A program made the position numbers and the translations under genes. DNA of 64,000 nucleotides from Bdellovibrionales bacterium. Its GTDB lineage: Bacteria; Bdellovibrionota; Bdellovibrionia; Bdellovibrionales; UBA1609. The stretch covers positions 32,001-96,000 of the forward strand of contig JBFWVI010000004.1 of NCBI GenBank assembly GCA_050246815.1, written 5' to 3'. Below the pieces are notes generated by a model, which worked only from the letters and a program-made list of their open reading frames with translations, did no database searches and was not told the origin of the DNA. This document shows positions 9,382 to 19,467 of this stretch, one piece after another. Numbering within the stretch: position 1 is the stretch's first letter; the number at the start of each line of letters is the position of its first letter.

Positions 9382-12300
9382 CTATGAGCAACCCATTGAG
9401 TTGCCGCAATTTAAACAGCGGTAGCACGTTCCATTTCGAACTGTCACATGCCCGCAATCGTTACACAGCGGTGAATCAGCCATAACTGCTGCCAATTGCG
9501 AATTCAATGCCAACTCCTTAGGCTCAATTCGTGAATCACGAATTATGGGTTTAGCAGCCGATGCCATGGGCAAGTCAAGCTGTTCTGGCCTCACATGAAC
9601 AAGATCGGTTTTGCCCAAATACTCAAAGGCGAGAAGCCTAAATATGTAGTCCAGTATGCTTGTTGCCTGCTTAAGATAGGGGTGATCGACAAATCCCGCT
9701 GGCTCAAATCGCGTGAATATAAATTTTTCGACGAATTGCTCAAGCGGCACTCCGTACTGAAGACCCAATGAAATTGAAATCGCAAAGCAATTGAGAAGGC
9801 TGCGGAACGAGGCCCCCTCTTTGTGCATGTCGATGAAAATTTCCCCCAGACGCCCATCTTCGAACTCACCCGTGCGCACATAGACTTGATGACCCGCCAC
9901 ACGCGCTTCGATGGTCATGCCGTTGCGCTTGTAAGGCATTTTACGCCGTCGCCCAGGAGCAACCTCGACGGCCTTTAATATGGCTTCATCCAGTTCGGCT
10001 TGTGTGTAAACTGCGGACTTTTTGACTGTGGTCGTCGATTTTCCGCTTAGCGGCTGACTGAGTTTGCAGCCGTCGCGATAAACCGCTATTGCTTTTAGCC
10101 CTAACTTCCAAGCCTGCAGATGTAGACATTCGATCTCCTCAACCGTTACCTCATTGGGAAGATTTACCGTTTTTGAAATCGCCCCGCTTAAAAATGGTTG
10201 TACCGCCGCCATCATGCGCAGATGCCCCAACGGCGAAATAAATCTCGTGCCTGTGGCCCCACATCTGTTGGCGCAATCGAAAACCGCAAGATGTTCCAGC
10301 CTCAACTGCGGACAACCTTCCACTGTAAGATGGCCACAAATCTCCTCAGACGCCCGAGCAATTTGATCTGGTGGAAAACCGATCGCTTGCAAGATCGAGT
10401 GCCCTTCCTTTTGTAGCTTTTCACCGTCAAGTCCTAAGCGCGCAAGAGCTTCTTGACCCAGGACCCACGGCGAAATCGCTGAGTTTAGATCAAAGGCTGA
10501 AGGCAATGCCTTTTCGATAGCTTCCAATTCAGCGTCCAAGAAACCGCGCTCCCGAAGCATATCCGCAGTGATGCATGTCGCCCCATTCAGCGACAATGTA
10601 CCAATGACATAAGTTACAATTGCAGAAATTTCTGTCGGAGAATAGCCAAGACCCTTGAGCGCTCTTGGTACAGACTGATTGATGATTTTCAAGTATCCGC
10701 CACCGGCCAATTTCTTAAATTTTACCGAGGCAAAATCGGGTTCAACTCCCGTGGTGTCACAATCCATAAGAAAACCAATCGTTCCGGTTGGCGCCAGCAC
10801 GGATACCTGAGAGTTGCGGAAGCCGTACTGAGCCCCGAGGCCCGCAGCGTCCTTCCAGACCTCTTCCGCTGCGTTATAAATTTTTGGATCTAATGAATCG
10901 GCTGCAAGCCGACGAGCGTGATCCAAGTGCTTTTCGATAATCCCCATCATTGCTTTCGCATTCTCGGTATAACCGGAGAAAGCACCTTTCTGCCCCGCTA
11001 AAAGTGCGCTTACTCGATACGCTTCACCTGACATTATTGCTGTAAGCGCGGCCGCCCATTCCCGCCCCGCATCGCTGTCATAGGGAAGCCCTTTAATCAT
11101 CAATAAAGTTCCCAAGTTGGCATAGCCCAAGCCCAAAGGACGGAAGCGATGACTGTTCCCCGCAATTTGCGCCGTCGGATAACTCGAGAAATCAACAAGA
11201 ATATCTTGAGCTAAAATCAAGATTCCGACACAGTGACGAAACTGTTCGACATCAAAGTCGCCGCTCTCATTCAAAAAACTAGTGAGGTTAAGCGAAGATA
11301 AGTTGCAGGCTGAATCGTTCAGGAACATATATTCTGAACAAGGATTGCTGGCATTAATTGTGCCTGACTTAGGACAAGTGTGCCAAGAGTTAATTGTCGA
11401 ATGAAATTGTAGGCCTGGATCAGCGCAGCTCCATGCCGCCTCAGATACCTTTCGCCACAGGTCTCTTGCCTTGTATGTGTGGATAGTTTCGCCACTGGTC
11501 CGCGCCGTTGTTCGCCAGATTCCATCTTCTTCAACCGCTCTCATAAACTCATCGGTAATCCGAATTGAATTGTTTGAGTTTTGACCGGCAACTGTTTTGT
11601 ATGCCTCACCGTTGAAATCCGAGCTGTAACCGGCGTCCACCATGGCCTTGACCTTTCTTTCTTCGCGCATTTTCCACGTGATGAGGTCTTCAATTTCAGG
11701 ATGATCCATGTCGAGGCAAACCATCTTCGCCGCACGTCGTGTTGTGCCTCCCGATTTGGTCGCGCCAGCACTTCGATCTAAGACTTCTAAAAAACTCATT
11801 AGACCTGAGCTATAACCGCCTCCAGAAAGTTTTTCATATCGACTTCGCAGCTTTGAAAAATTAGTGCCTGAACCAGATCCGTATTTAAAAAGACGTGCTT
11901 CATGTTTGATCAGGTCGTAGATGCTCATTAGGTCATCATCGACACTTTGTATGAAGCACGCAGAACACTGAGGATGCTCAAACGGACTTTTTGTAATTTC
12001 AATTTTTCCTGTTTTAACATTCAAAAAGAAGGAGCCCCCTGAGCCAGTGATCCCATATTCATGAAACAATCCACAATTAAACCAAACGGGACTATTGAAA
12101 GCCCCCTTCTGCTGGAGCAGGATATGAACAAGCTCATTTTCAAATCTTTGCCCATCTTGCGGCGTCTGGAAGTAACCGCCAAGCTCTTCGCCGGCATGTC
12201 GGATCGTGTGCGCCACACGACGAACCAGCTGCCGAACAGATGTTTCGCGCCCGCCGCCCTTGACACCCGAACGACGGAAGTACTTGCTTGCCGCGATGTC

Positions 12301-12534
12301 GACCGCCAGTTGACCCCATGTCGTTGGGGCTTCGACGTTGTTCATTGAAAAAATCTCCTGACCTTCGGCGCCTTTTACCGTGCATTCACGCACACTCCAT
12401 TGCACTTGGGCGTACGGATCTGCCCCTTCAGGAACAAGATACGCTTTGATTTTGAAACCAGATCTACTTTTTTTATTTAATGACGGCCGAGACCTTCGAT
12501 TTAAAGCTGCTGTTGTCGTATCATGTGAGGTCAT
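9382..12534 (-). CDS. nrdJ: Class II (adenosylcobalamin-dependent) ribonucleotide reductase
   Basis: FNSPVWFN, QCSACFI, GGTTRRAAKM, NPCSEY, APTGTIG, SGAISKT, YRDGCK; TSCPD-like C domain; C-terminal CNDC..CLNCG..GCS; AAGGAG RBS. Confidence 0.96.
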   Translation of the reverse strand: MTSHDTTTAALNRRSRPSLNKKSRSGFKIKAYLVPEGADPYAQVQWSVRECTVKGAEGQEIFSMNNVEAPTTWGQLAVDIAASKYFRRSGVKGGGRETSVRQLVRRVAHTIRHAGEELGGYFQTPQDGQRFENELVHILLQQKGAFNSPVWFNCGLFHEYGITGSGGSFFLNVKTGKIEITKSPFEHPQCSACFIQSVDDDLMSIYDLIKHEARLFKYGSGSGTNFSKLRSRYEKLSGGGYSSGLMSFLEVLDRSAGATKSGGTTRRAAKMVCLDMDHPEIEDLITWKMREERKVKAMVDAGYSSDFNGEAYKTVAGQNSNNSIRITDEFMRAVEEDGIWRTTARTSGETIHTYKARDLWRKVSEAAWSCADPGLQFHSTINSWHTCPKSGTINASNPCSEYMFLNDSACNLSSLNLTSFLNESGDFDVEQFRHCVGILILAQDILVDFSSYPTAQIAGNSHRFRPLGLGYANLGTLLMIKGLPYDSDAGREWAAALTAIMSGEAYRVSALLAGQKGAFSGYTENAKAMMGIIEKHLDHARRLAADSLDPKIYNAAEEVWKDAAGLGAQYGFRNSQVSVLAPTGTIGFLMDCDTTGVEPDFASVKFKKLAGGGYLKIINQSVPRALKGLGYSPTEISAIVTYVIGTLSLNGATCITADMLRERGFLDAELEAIEKALPSAFDLNSAISPWVLGQEALARLGLDGEKLQKEGHSILQAIGFPPDQIARASEEICGHLTVEGCPQLRLEHLAVFDCANRCGATGTRFISPLGHLRMMAAVQPFLSGAISKTVNLPNEVTVEEIECLHLQAWKLGLKAIAVYRDGCKLSQPLSGKSTTTVKKSAVYTQAELDEAILKAVEVAPGRRRKMPYKRNGMTIEARVAGHQVYVRTGEFEDGRLGEIFIDMHKEGASFRSLLNCFAISISLGLQYGVPLEQFVEKFIFTRFEPAGFVDHPYLKQATSILDYIFRLLAFEYLGKTDLVHVRPEQLDLPMASAAKPIIRDSRIEPKELALNSQLAAVMADSPLCNDCGHVTVRNGTCYRCLNCGNSMGCS

Positions 12535-12624
12535 CTGTCTCTCCTTGATATTCTAGATACCAGATCAATATGGGGCTGACAGCGTCAAGATTGTTGTGGT
12601 CGAGGCTGGTCATATTTATTTCTG

Positions 12625-12640
12625 TATGATTCACGTCATA
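12625..12640. promoter_or_regulatory. Putative Crp/Fnr-family operator upstream of nrdJ
   Basis: TATGA-TTCACG-TCATA, intergenic. Confidence 0.6.
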
Positions 12641-12760
12641 TCGCAGAATGCGAATTGAAACGCGAGGCGATAAATTGTCCCGGCAATGGGACGAAATGTC
12701 CCCCCAATATCATAATCCGACAACTCGCGCGCGGGCCGCAGATGGCGGCATACGATCTCA

Positions 12761-14401
12761 TCATTTTCGACTGAAGTTGAGTAGCTCGATGACAAATTCT
12801 TCGACGAATGCAGTCTTCGATTCCTTGGACGTCACAAAGGGATTCATTAAAACTAATCGCAGCATAAACCAATGATCCTGATCCATTTGCAGCTGCCGTT
12901 CGGATGCTAAACGCTCCAGAAGCGCGCCATATGCTTGCGCATGCAAAACAGTTTTCGAAACCGAAAAACACGGACTTGATTCAAAATAACGAAAGATATC
13001 TTCTGTCCTATTATTTATTTCGGAGACCTTCATTCCCCAAGGTGCAAAGCAGAAACACAGGACATTCAAATCAACCGGATCAACCACCAAGAACTCTGGA
13101 GCTCGCGATTGCAATTCGTGCAAGACTGAATCACGAGCTTCGATTCCCTTTGCCAAGAGTCGACCATAACCGGCCGCATTTAGCCCCAATGCCCTATTGG
13201 CCAACCATGTGGCCGTCACTCCAGCTCCTGACCGTGACCCCTCAAGGGTCGTCACCCAACGACTGTTATTTTCACGCATCAAATAGGTCGCTTGGAATTC
13301 ACGGACTCGGTAGTGTTCATGGTCACGTGCTATAAACGCGCCACAAGCATATGGAACGTAACCAAGCTTATGTGGATCTAACGTCACGGAGTCCACACGA
13401 CGAATAGCCCTTAAGTCCCGCCCCACCCGGGCATTGAGTTTGGACTCCACTTCGTCGCCATCCAACATCGCAGTGTAATACCCACCATACGCGGCATCGA
13501 CATGATGCCAAATATCCAATCCCCGTTCCCGCCCCAAATCTAATATATCTTGTACCTCGGTGATGGGATCGACCTCACCCATTTCTGTGGTTCCTGCGAC
13601 CGACACGACTAACATCACTTGGCGTCGGCGCTCTGCAGCCAGCTCTAGTTTTGCGCGCAAGTCATCCGTCGACAATCGCCCAGTGCGGTCCAAAGCCACA
13701 GGCCATAAGGCCTCTTCACCAAGCCCCATAAGACTGACGGCCTTCTCCCAAGAGAAGTGTTTATTGTTCGGCACCAGTACGACTGGTCCTTCAAACTGGT
13801 GACCTGTTTGATTCTTGTACTCTCGGGCGAACACCCATGGCCCTAATTTGAGCGGACTTAAATGCAGTTTTTCTTCAAAGCTCCGGTCCATTCGGACAAT
13901 GGCCCGCCACAAGGCTTCGAAGTTTGCGATCGTGCCGCCCGAGGTGAAGTGGCCGCAGGCTTGCTTTGGATCAAAGCCCAGCATTTCCGCAAGATCCGCA
14001 ATCGCCTCTTCCTCGAGTCTTGATGTTACTCGACTGACCTCGCGTGAAGTGTTGTTTGGGTTGTGCAGTAGAGCGCAAACGTGACCCAAAATGGCCGGCA
14101 GACTGACTTCCGAGACCATGTGACCAAGGTACCTGGGGGTAAACTTAGGAGTTTCATCTTCCAAAACTTTAAGAACATAGCGAAACTCCGTCTCTAATCG
14201 ACGCAAAGCCTCTAGGAATGCAGGCGTATTTCGGTCCGCTTCCGAAATGGAATTCCCATCGTGGGGAAATATAGAGCGTCGCCACCGAATCCAATTGTCG
14301 AGAATTTCAATCCACTTTTCCCTCAGCCAATCTGCGTTCTCGGCCTGGGGACCCAAGAAAAAGCTTTTGATCGCGATGTCCTGTGGTTCACAACTGTTCA
14401 T
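12761..14401 (-). CDS. Group II PLP-dependent decarboxylase (tyrosine decarboxylase-like)
   Basis: FLGPQAEN, PRYLGHM, HNPNN, SGGTIANFEALW, HVDAAYGGY, LDPHKLGYVPY, LEGSR; ATGA overlap with the SCO gene. Confidence 0.88.
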   Translation of the reverse strand: MNSCEPQDIAIKSFFLGPQAENADWLREKWIEILDNWIRWRRSIFPHDGNSISEADRNTPAFLEALRRLETEFRYVLKVLEDETPKFTPRYLGHMVSEVSLPAILGHVCALLHNPNNTSREVSRVTSRLEEEAIADLAEMLGFDPKQACGHFTSGGTIANFEALWRAIVRMDRSFEEKLHLSPLKLGPWVFAREYKNQTGHQFEGPVVLVPNNKHFSWEKAVSLMGLGEEALWPVALDRTGRLSTDDLRAKLELAAERRRQVMLVVSVAGTTEMGEVDPITEVQDILDLGRERGLDIWHHVDAAYGGYYTAMLDGDEVESKLNARVGRDLRAIRRVDSVTLDPHKLGYVPYACGAFIARDHEHYRVREFQATYLMRENNSRWVTTLEGSRSGAGVTATWLANRALGLNAAGYGRLLAKGIEARDSVLHELQSRAPEFLVVDPVDLNVLCFCFAPWGMKVSEINNRTEDIFRYFESSPCFSVSKTVLHAQAYGALLERLASERQLQMDQDHWFMLRLVLMNPFVTSKESKTAFVEEFVIELLNFSRK

Positions 14402-15024
14402 TTTTCATTCGCATGGCTACTTAGCTTCTCTACAAAATTTTTATGATCAGCGTTAATTCCGTTAATACGTTCAATGATGTCACCCTTCTCATTAAGAAGC
14501 GCGAAGATATTTGAGTGCGAATACTCACCCAACTTATCTTTGCTGTAGGCTACCCCAAGTAGTACGGCCATTTCGCGAACGTCTTTGTCGGATTGAGGAG
14601 ATAACCAGGTCCACCGGCCAAAATCCAAGCCCCTCTTCTTCATGAATGAAGCCAGACGCTCCGGGGTGTCGCGTTTTGGATCAAAAGACGCTAAAACGAT
14701 CCTGTAATTCGAAATACCTTTGGCAATCAATTCACTCTCAATCTTTTTTAGCTTCGCGACCGTAAGTGGACATGTGTAGGTGCAGTGCGTGTAGGCCATT
14801 GCGACAACAATTTTTTTGCCGCGAAACTCTTTGAGAGTTACTTTTTTCCCAGTCTGATCACGCCACTGAGTTTCGGAGTTGTAAAGGGACGAGTCGCTAT
14901 AGGCCGCCTGCAGTGCTGGCTTGGCCGATTGGTCGTCGTGATGGTGTTGATGGTCCTCGGCCCCAATATTAAAACTGAAAATCATGACAATGAGAGAGCT
15001 CAAGAGAATTGCAGTCGCCGTCAT
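14398..15024 (-). CDS. SCO1/SenC family copper chaperone
   Basis: YTHCTYTCP, SFDPKRDTP, YSHS; His-rich N terminus. Confidence 0.92.
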   Translation of the reverse strand: MTATAILLSSLIVMIFSFNIGAEDHQHHHDDQSAKPALQAAYSDSSLYNSETQWRDQTGKKVTLKEFRGKKIVVAMAYTHCTYTCPLTVAKLKKIESELIAKGISNYRIVLASFDPKRDTPERLASFMKKRGLDFGRWTWLSPQSDKDVREMAVLLGVAYSKDKLGEYSHSNIFALLNEKGDIIERINGINADHKNFVEKLSSHANEK

Positions 15025-15809
15025 TATGATTCTCCTTTGACACAGCGGAATCCCAGGTTCCAGGTGGTTGATGCACCCTTTAAAGATGAACGAAAGGCGA
15101 ACCGCATGAACGCGGCATAGTTTTCTTTATTGCCACCGGCCATAGCACCCGAGCCGCAAAATAGTTCCCGGTTCAACGAGCTTTCGGTACGGCCCTCACC
15201 GGCAACAAGGCTGGAGTTGAAATCATAGACCCATTCCCAAATGAGCCCGTGAAGATCATGCAGGCCATACAGATTCTTGGGGCGACGACCAACTTTACTT
15301 AGCGTGGTGCTTTCTTGAGGCTGCGAGTACCATTCTAAAATCTGACGTAAAAACGCGGGGTCCTGACTGGCATCCGTTTTCGTTTCGCTGGCGGCGGCCA
15401 AATACTCCCACTCGGCCATTGTTGGCAAGCGCATGCCCAAGCCCTCGCAGTAAGCCTGAGCTGCGAACCACGAGACATTGGTTACGGGCGAATCCTTCGT
15501 TACATCGCCCCTGAGTTTGAGGTCAGATTGAAACTGCTTTAAGTAGCCATCATCCGCGAAAAGGGTTTTTACCTTTGATCTGCGCCACTCTGGATGAGAT
15601 TTCAAAAACTCCAGAAATTGTTTATTGGTCACAGGTAAAACCATAGCCTCGAAGGCCTTGATTTTAAGAGGCTCCACTTGTCCTGATTTGTCTTTGGTTG
15701 TTATCCAGAATGGTGCGAGCGCACCCGAGGGTATCGCAACGACAGAAGGGGGCGTTGCGGCGCTCGCTGCCACACTTACAAGAACCAAAATGAGAGCCTT
15801 TATCCGCAT
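15024..15809 (-). CDS. nirV: FGE-sulfatase-fold protein, NirV-like
   Basis: PVTN..F..F, VSWFAAQAYC, RLPTMAEWEY, GLHDLHGLIWEW, FCGSGA, NLGFRC; directly downstream of nirK. Confidence 0.85.
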   Translation of the reverse strand: MRIKALILVLVSVAASAATPPSVVAIPSGALAPFWITTKDKSGQVEPLKIKAFEAMVLPVTNKQFLEFLKSHPEWRRSKVKTLFADDGYLKQFQSDLKLRGDVTKDSPVTNVSWFAAQAYCEGLGMRLPTMAEWEYLAAASETKTDASQDPAFLRQILEWYSQPQESTTLSKVGRRPKNLYGLHDLHGLIWEWVYDFNSSLVAGEGRTESSLNRELFCGSGAMAGGNKENYAAFMRFAFRSSLKGASTTWNLGFRCVKGES

Positions 15810-15829
15810 GATTCACATCTATATGTCTA

Positions 15830-17227
15830 TTAATGACCAGGCTTTACAGGCTCCACCTTGACCTTGGACACTTCATCTGGGGTTACAGTTTTTCCGGAAT
15901 TGCCCCAAGAGCTATAAACGAAGGTCAACACATTCGCGATGTCTTCGTCAGATAGACCAAGGGCCGGCATCACGCTGTTGTACTTGTTGCCGTTCACCTT
16001 AACTTCACCACTTAAACCGTTTCGCACGACTGCGATCGCCCGAGTCTTATCGGCATTAAGATAGTCCGACGCGGCCAATGGAGGAAAGGCGTCTGCAATT
16101 CCTCTCCCGTCCACTTGATGGCAGGCCGCGCAGTTCTGCGTGTAAACGGCCTTACCCATACGAATGCGATCTTGCTTCGTCTTGGCAACGGCAACTTGTG
16201 CTTCCGGCGTCTTTTGGATAGCCCCACCTTCCGCCAAATATACGGCGTCGGACATCTGGCCTGAATAAACCACTTTGTTCTCAGGCCCTTGCACTTTCAT
16301 TATCCCTAGAGCACCCTTGTTAAAAGTTCGAAAAATCGAGTGGTCTACGAGGATATAATTACCAGGCACGTCCACTTTATATTCGACGATTGTTGAACCG
16401 CCGGCTGGTACGAGAGTCGTTTGGACGTTCTTTGTAAACGCAGTGCCACCTTCGGTATAGACTTTATCAAAAATCTCGCCAATAACATGGAAGGATGAAA
16501 CCAGATTCGGACCGCCATTGCCCACAAATAGTCTTACAGTCTCACCAACTTTGGCAGGCAAAGATTTTTCGCCCGTGATTGCACCAACGGAGCCGTTGAA
16601 AATGACGTACGTCGGCTTCTCATCGATGGCTTTCTCCATGCTAAAAGGCTGATTCCCCTGCTGACCGTATTTGCCCTTCGTGTAGAAGTCGCCTTGCATG
16701 ACATAGAATTCACGATCGACTTTGGGCAGGCCCTCTTTGGGCTCGACAAGGATCAAACCATACATGCCGTTCGCAATGTGCATACCCACGGGGGCCGTGG
16801 CGCAGTGATAGACATAAAGCCCAGAGTTAAGCGCTGTGAACGAAAAGACCGTCTCGTGTCCGGGAGCTGTGAACGAAGATGCGGCCCCACCCCCGGGCCC
16901 TGTAACAGCATGCAAGTCAATATTGTGAGGCATTTTACTGCTGGGATGATTGCGCAAATGGAACTCAACAAGGTCGCCCTCTTTGACCCGAATAAAGCTT
17001 CCCGGCACCGTCCCACCAAAGGTCCAAAAGGTGTAATCAACACCTTCGGCAATCTTCATTTTCTTTTCAAGCACTTCTAGATGAACAATCACTTTCGTGT
17101 TGTTCTTCCGCGTGATCGGGGGCGGCACCTCGGGCGGCGACGTTAGTTTTGCTATCTCTTCGCCCTTGATATTGGCATGAACGAACGAGCTAGCGGCCAA
17201 AAGTGCTACTAAGAATACTGCTTTCAT
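15830..17227 (-). CDS. nirK: Copper nitrite reductase with C-terminal tethered cytochrome c
   Basis: [38 protein letters not shown]-terminal CAACH...VMP. Confidence 0.96.
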   Translation of the reverse strand: MKAVFLVALLAASSFVHANIKGEEIAKLTSPPEVPPPITRKNNTKVIVHLEVLEKKMKIAEGVDYTFWTFGGTVPGSFIRVKEGDLVEFHLRNHPSSKMPHNIDLHAVTGPGGGAASSFTAPGHETVFSFTALNSGLYVYHCATAPVGMHIANGMYGLILVEPKEGLPKVDREFYVMQGDFYTKGKYGQQGNQPFSMEKAIDEKPTYVIFNGSVGAITGEKSLPAKVGETVRLFVGNGGPNLVSSFHVIGEIFDKVYTEGGTAFTKNVQTTLVPAGGSTIVEYKVDVPGNYILVDHSIFRTFNKGALGIMKVQGPENKVVYSGQMSDAVYLAEGGAIQKTPEAQVAVAKTKQDRIRMGKAVYTQNCAACHQVDGRGIADAFPPLAASDYLNADKTRAIAVVRNGLSGEVKVNGNKYNSVMPALGLSDEDIANVLTFVYSSWGNSGKTVTPDEVSKVKVEPVKPGH

Positions 17228-17255
17228 GGGTGTGCCCCTTTTTTATTGTTCACTT

Positions 17256-17271
17256 TATGTTCTAGATCACA
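17256..17271. promoter_or_regulatory. Putative Crp/Fnr-family operator upstream of nirK
   Basis: TATGT-TCTAGA-TCACA, 14/16 to the CRP consensus TGTGATCTAGATCACA; ~30 nt from the nirK start. Confidence 0.6.
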
Positions 17272-17289
17272 AATATAAATAAGCAATTT

Positions 17290-17985
17290 TTATGCCTCGA
17301 GTTTGCCGCTTAGGATTTCAAGCACCTTGTCCATTTTTAATATTTCAATGTGCTGTCCTGATGTTCGAATAATCCCAAGCTGAGACCAACTGCTCATAAC
17401 TCGAATAACCGATTCCACTGTGGACCCAACGGCATCCGCAATTTCTTGTCTCGTTAATGGAATGGGCAAAATTGTCCCTGCATCTGTACCATAGCGATCA
17501 ATCAGCGAGACAATCTGTCTCGCTATCTTTCTTGGTAGCGGCGTTTTAGTCATACTTTTTTGATCATGGAAGTCCGTCATTCGCGAATAAATCAAGGCAT
17601 TCACCCGGCGCATAGCGATCTGGTTTTTTTGCCAGGATTCTTGAAAAGTCCGCCGTGGAATTTTTAATACCACTGTTTCCCCCAAGGCAATCACCGACAC
17701 TGGGTACGTGCTCTTGTCCTGGACCATAATCAAGGCGCCGATCACATCGCCGGGAAGCGCAAAAAGAACAATGACATCGTCACCCGAGGGCGAAGGTTTC
17801 ACTAGTTTGACCGCGCCTTCAAGCACCAACGCGAAAAAATGGGCGTCCGTATCCGCCTTGAAGAGAGTCGCTCTATGTTTAAGCAACTTCTCTTCGGCGC
17901 CCTCCAGTAAACTTGCGACCTCAGAGTCCTCGAACCCTTCGAAAACCCCCAAGGATTTGATTTTTTCTGTCACATGAATAGGCAT
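17290..17985 (-). CDS. Crp/Fnr family regulator (Dnr/HcpR/NnrR-like, no Fnr Cys ligands)
   Basis: cNMP-binding-type domain (LVLEGAVKL, PGDVIG); HTH LTRQEIADAVGSTVESVIRVMS; no cysteines. Confidence 0.9.
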   Translation of the reverse strand: MPIHVTEKIKSLGVFEGFEDSEVASLLEGAEEKLLKHRATLFKADTDAHFFALVLEGAVKLVKPSPSGDDVIVLFALPGDVIGALIMVQDKSTYPVSVIALGETVVLKIPRRTFQESWQKNQIAMRRVNALIYSRMTDFHDQKSMTKTPLPRKIARQIVSLIDRYGTDAGTILPIPLTRQEIADAVGSTVESVIRVMSSWSQLGIIRTSGQHIEILKMDKVLEILSGKLEA

Positions 17986-18023
17986 GAGGTGATCTGACCA
18001 CAGATTTAAACTACCGTCTAGCC

Positions 18024-18803
18024 CTAGAACTCCAGTGTCAAATCGGCAGCAGTGAAATGGTAACGAATGCGATCGCCTTCAAGATTATATTCATTGTCAT
18101 AAACGGCTAGCGATAGCCATGCCCTCTCCATCAATGAGTAACGAACGCGAAGGCCGCTTCCCAGTGAATCAGAATTGCCATTTCCGAAGTCAGGATCGGC
18201 TAAAATGGAGAGCACCGCATCCTTCTCGACTCGACGAAAAAAATAGCCAAGCTCCAAACCCCTTATTTTATCGACAGATCCATAGGTCACCCCAACCGTG
18301 TATGCGCGATTGCCCGCTCCAAGCCCTAGATTTTGCACGAGGTCGAACCACGCGCCAACAGCGCGCCGCCCCAATTCCCAATCGAAAGTTCCCGAAACCG
18401 AGAGCGGATCGTAACCAAAGCGGTAAACATGCCCTGTTTTGACTGTTTCGATGCTGTTTCCCCTTGGATCAACGTCGTCCCCCAGAATCGTATGCCCTTT
18501 GATATTGGTGACAGTCCCAACACCTAACGCCAACTTGGTATGAACTTTTCGAATATTTTTTGTAAAACCAACTTGTACGCCCAGCAAATTTGTATCTTCC
18601 GCGCCCTCAAGGCAATGCGCGTGAAGGTTGAAAAAAATGGCTTGCGAAGGGCCCATGTTGCGATAGATCGCAGCGAATCCTTCGGGAGCTGATTCGCTGT
18701 TAAATAACATCTCAGACTCGGACGGCACCCACCACACATCGGCCGCAGCCATTTCGGTGCAAATAAATCCAATGATAAGTGCCAACGTTTGAAGGCAACC
18801 CAA
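18024..18803 (-). CDS. Putative porin, short (possibly internally deleted)
   Basis: GGAGGA RBS then TTG at 18803; signal-like start; RRVEKDAV....DPDFG.G.SD..G resembles the 20789 porin; C-terminal F. Confidence 0.55.
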   Translation of the reverse strand: MGCLQTLALIIGFICTEMAAADVWWVPSESEMLFNSESAPEGFAAIYRNMGPSQAIFFNLHAHCLEGAEDTNLLGVQVGFTKNIRKVHTKLALGVGTVTNIKGHTILGDDVDPRGNSIETVKTGHVYRFGYDPLSVSGTFDWELGRRAVGAWFDLVQNLGLGAGNRAYTVGVTYGSVDKIRGLELGYFFRRVEKDAVLSILADPDFGNGNSDSLGSGLRVRYSLMERAWLSLAVYDNEYNLEGDRIRYHFTAADLTLEF

Positions 18804-18857
18804 TTGTTCCTCCGCGAAATTGTTGCCCGACATTATGAAAAGATAGGGATGATGATT

Positions 18858-18873
18858 TATGATCCAAATCATA
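18858..18873 (-). promoter_or_regulatory. Putative Crp/Fnr-family operator, class II promoter geometry
   Basis: TATGA-TCCAAA-TCATA; CATAAT on the minus strand at 18837-18832 puts the box centre at about -40.5. Confidence 0.65.
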
Positions 18874-19224
18874 AGTGCCATTTAACCACTCCAGAACCTG
18901 CATTTTTGTCATTTGCTTTTCAATACAAGCATAGATTCAGGATCCCGGATTTGGCAGTTCCACTGCCGAATCGTCATGATTATGGGACAAAAGTTCTTCT
19001 CATGAAGTATAAAGGATGAGCCATTCTGTCTCGAAAACCAAATCGAGCAGAGCAGAGTCACGATGCCAAAGGCCCACTTCTTGCTTCGCTTTGACCTCGT
19101 AATATCCCAACAGGAAGACACATGCCACTCATGATCGCGGCAGAATACTTTGAACTTGCTCCGGACCGACGAAAAAAGATCGAGCCAAATCAACAATTGG
19201 ATAAAGTGGGAAAGCAATGCAAGC

Positions 19225-19467
19225 ATGGCTGATGTTGAGCGGCGGCGAGCGGAAAACATGATTGGCGAGTACTTTATCGATGACTCCTGCATCAGCTGTG
19301 CGGCGTGCTGGAAGGAAGCCCCCAAAAACGTCTCTAGTCATCCTGTTCACACTTATGCCTATATATGCAAGCAGCCTGAAAACAATTCTGAGCGTGACGT
19401 TTGCGATCGCGCTCTTAAAGTATGTCCGGTAAATGCAATAGGAATCGTATGCAACTCAAGTCGATAA
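19225..19467 (+). CDS. Ferredoxin (single Fe-S cluster type)
   Basis: MAD...EN..GEYFIDDSCISCAAC...AP...KQP...CPVNAIG. Confidence 0.88.
   Translation: MADVERRRAENMIGEYFIDDSCISCAACWKEAPKNVSSHPVHTYAYICKQPENNSERDVCDRALKVCPVNAIGIVCNSSR

Noticed and set aside
9382..12534. Intein in NrdJ
   Set aside because: No HN-C/S/T splice junction or LAGLIDADG motif seen; the central insertion looks like ordinary long-form NrdJ
12535..12760. Cobalamin riboswitch or NrdR boxes upstream of nrdJ
   Set aside because: No B12-box elements seen; only a short GGGAC/GTCCC hairpin and poor NrdR-like matches
15830..17227. NirK-cytochrome c fusion as a novelty
   Set aside because: Tethered three-domain copper nitrite reductases are already described
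18880..19230. Gene or pseudogene upstream of the ferredoxin (36-aa ORF from 19122)
   Set aside because: Frames are interrupted by stops and no family is recognisable
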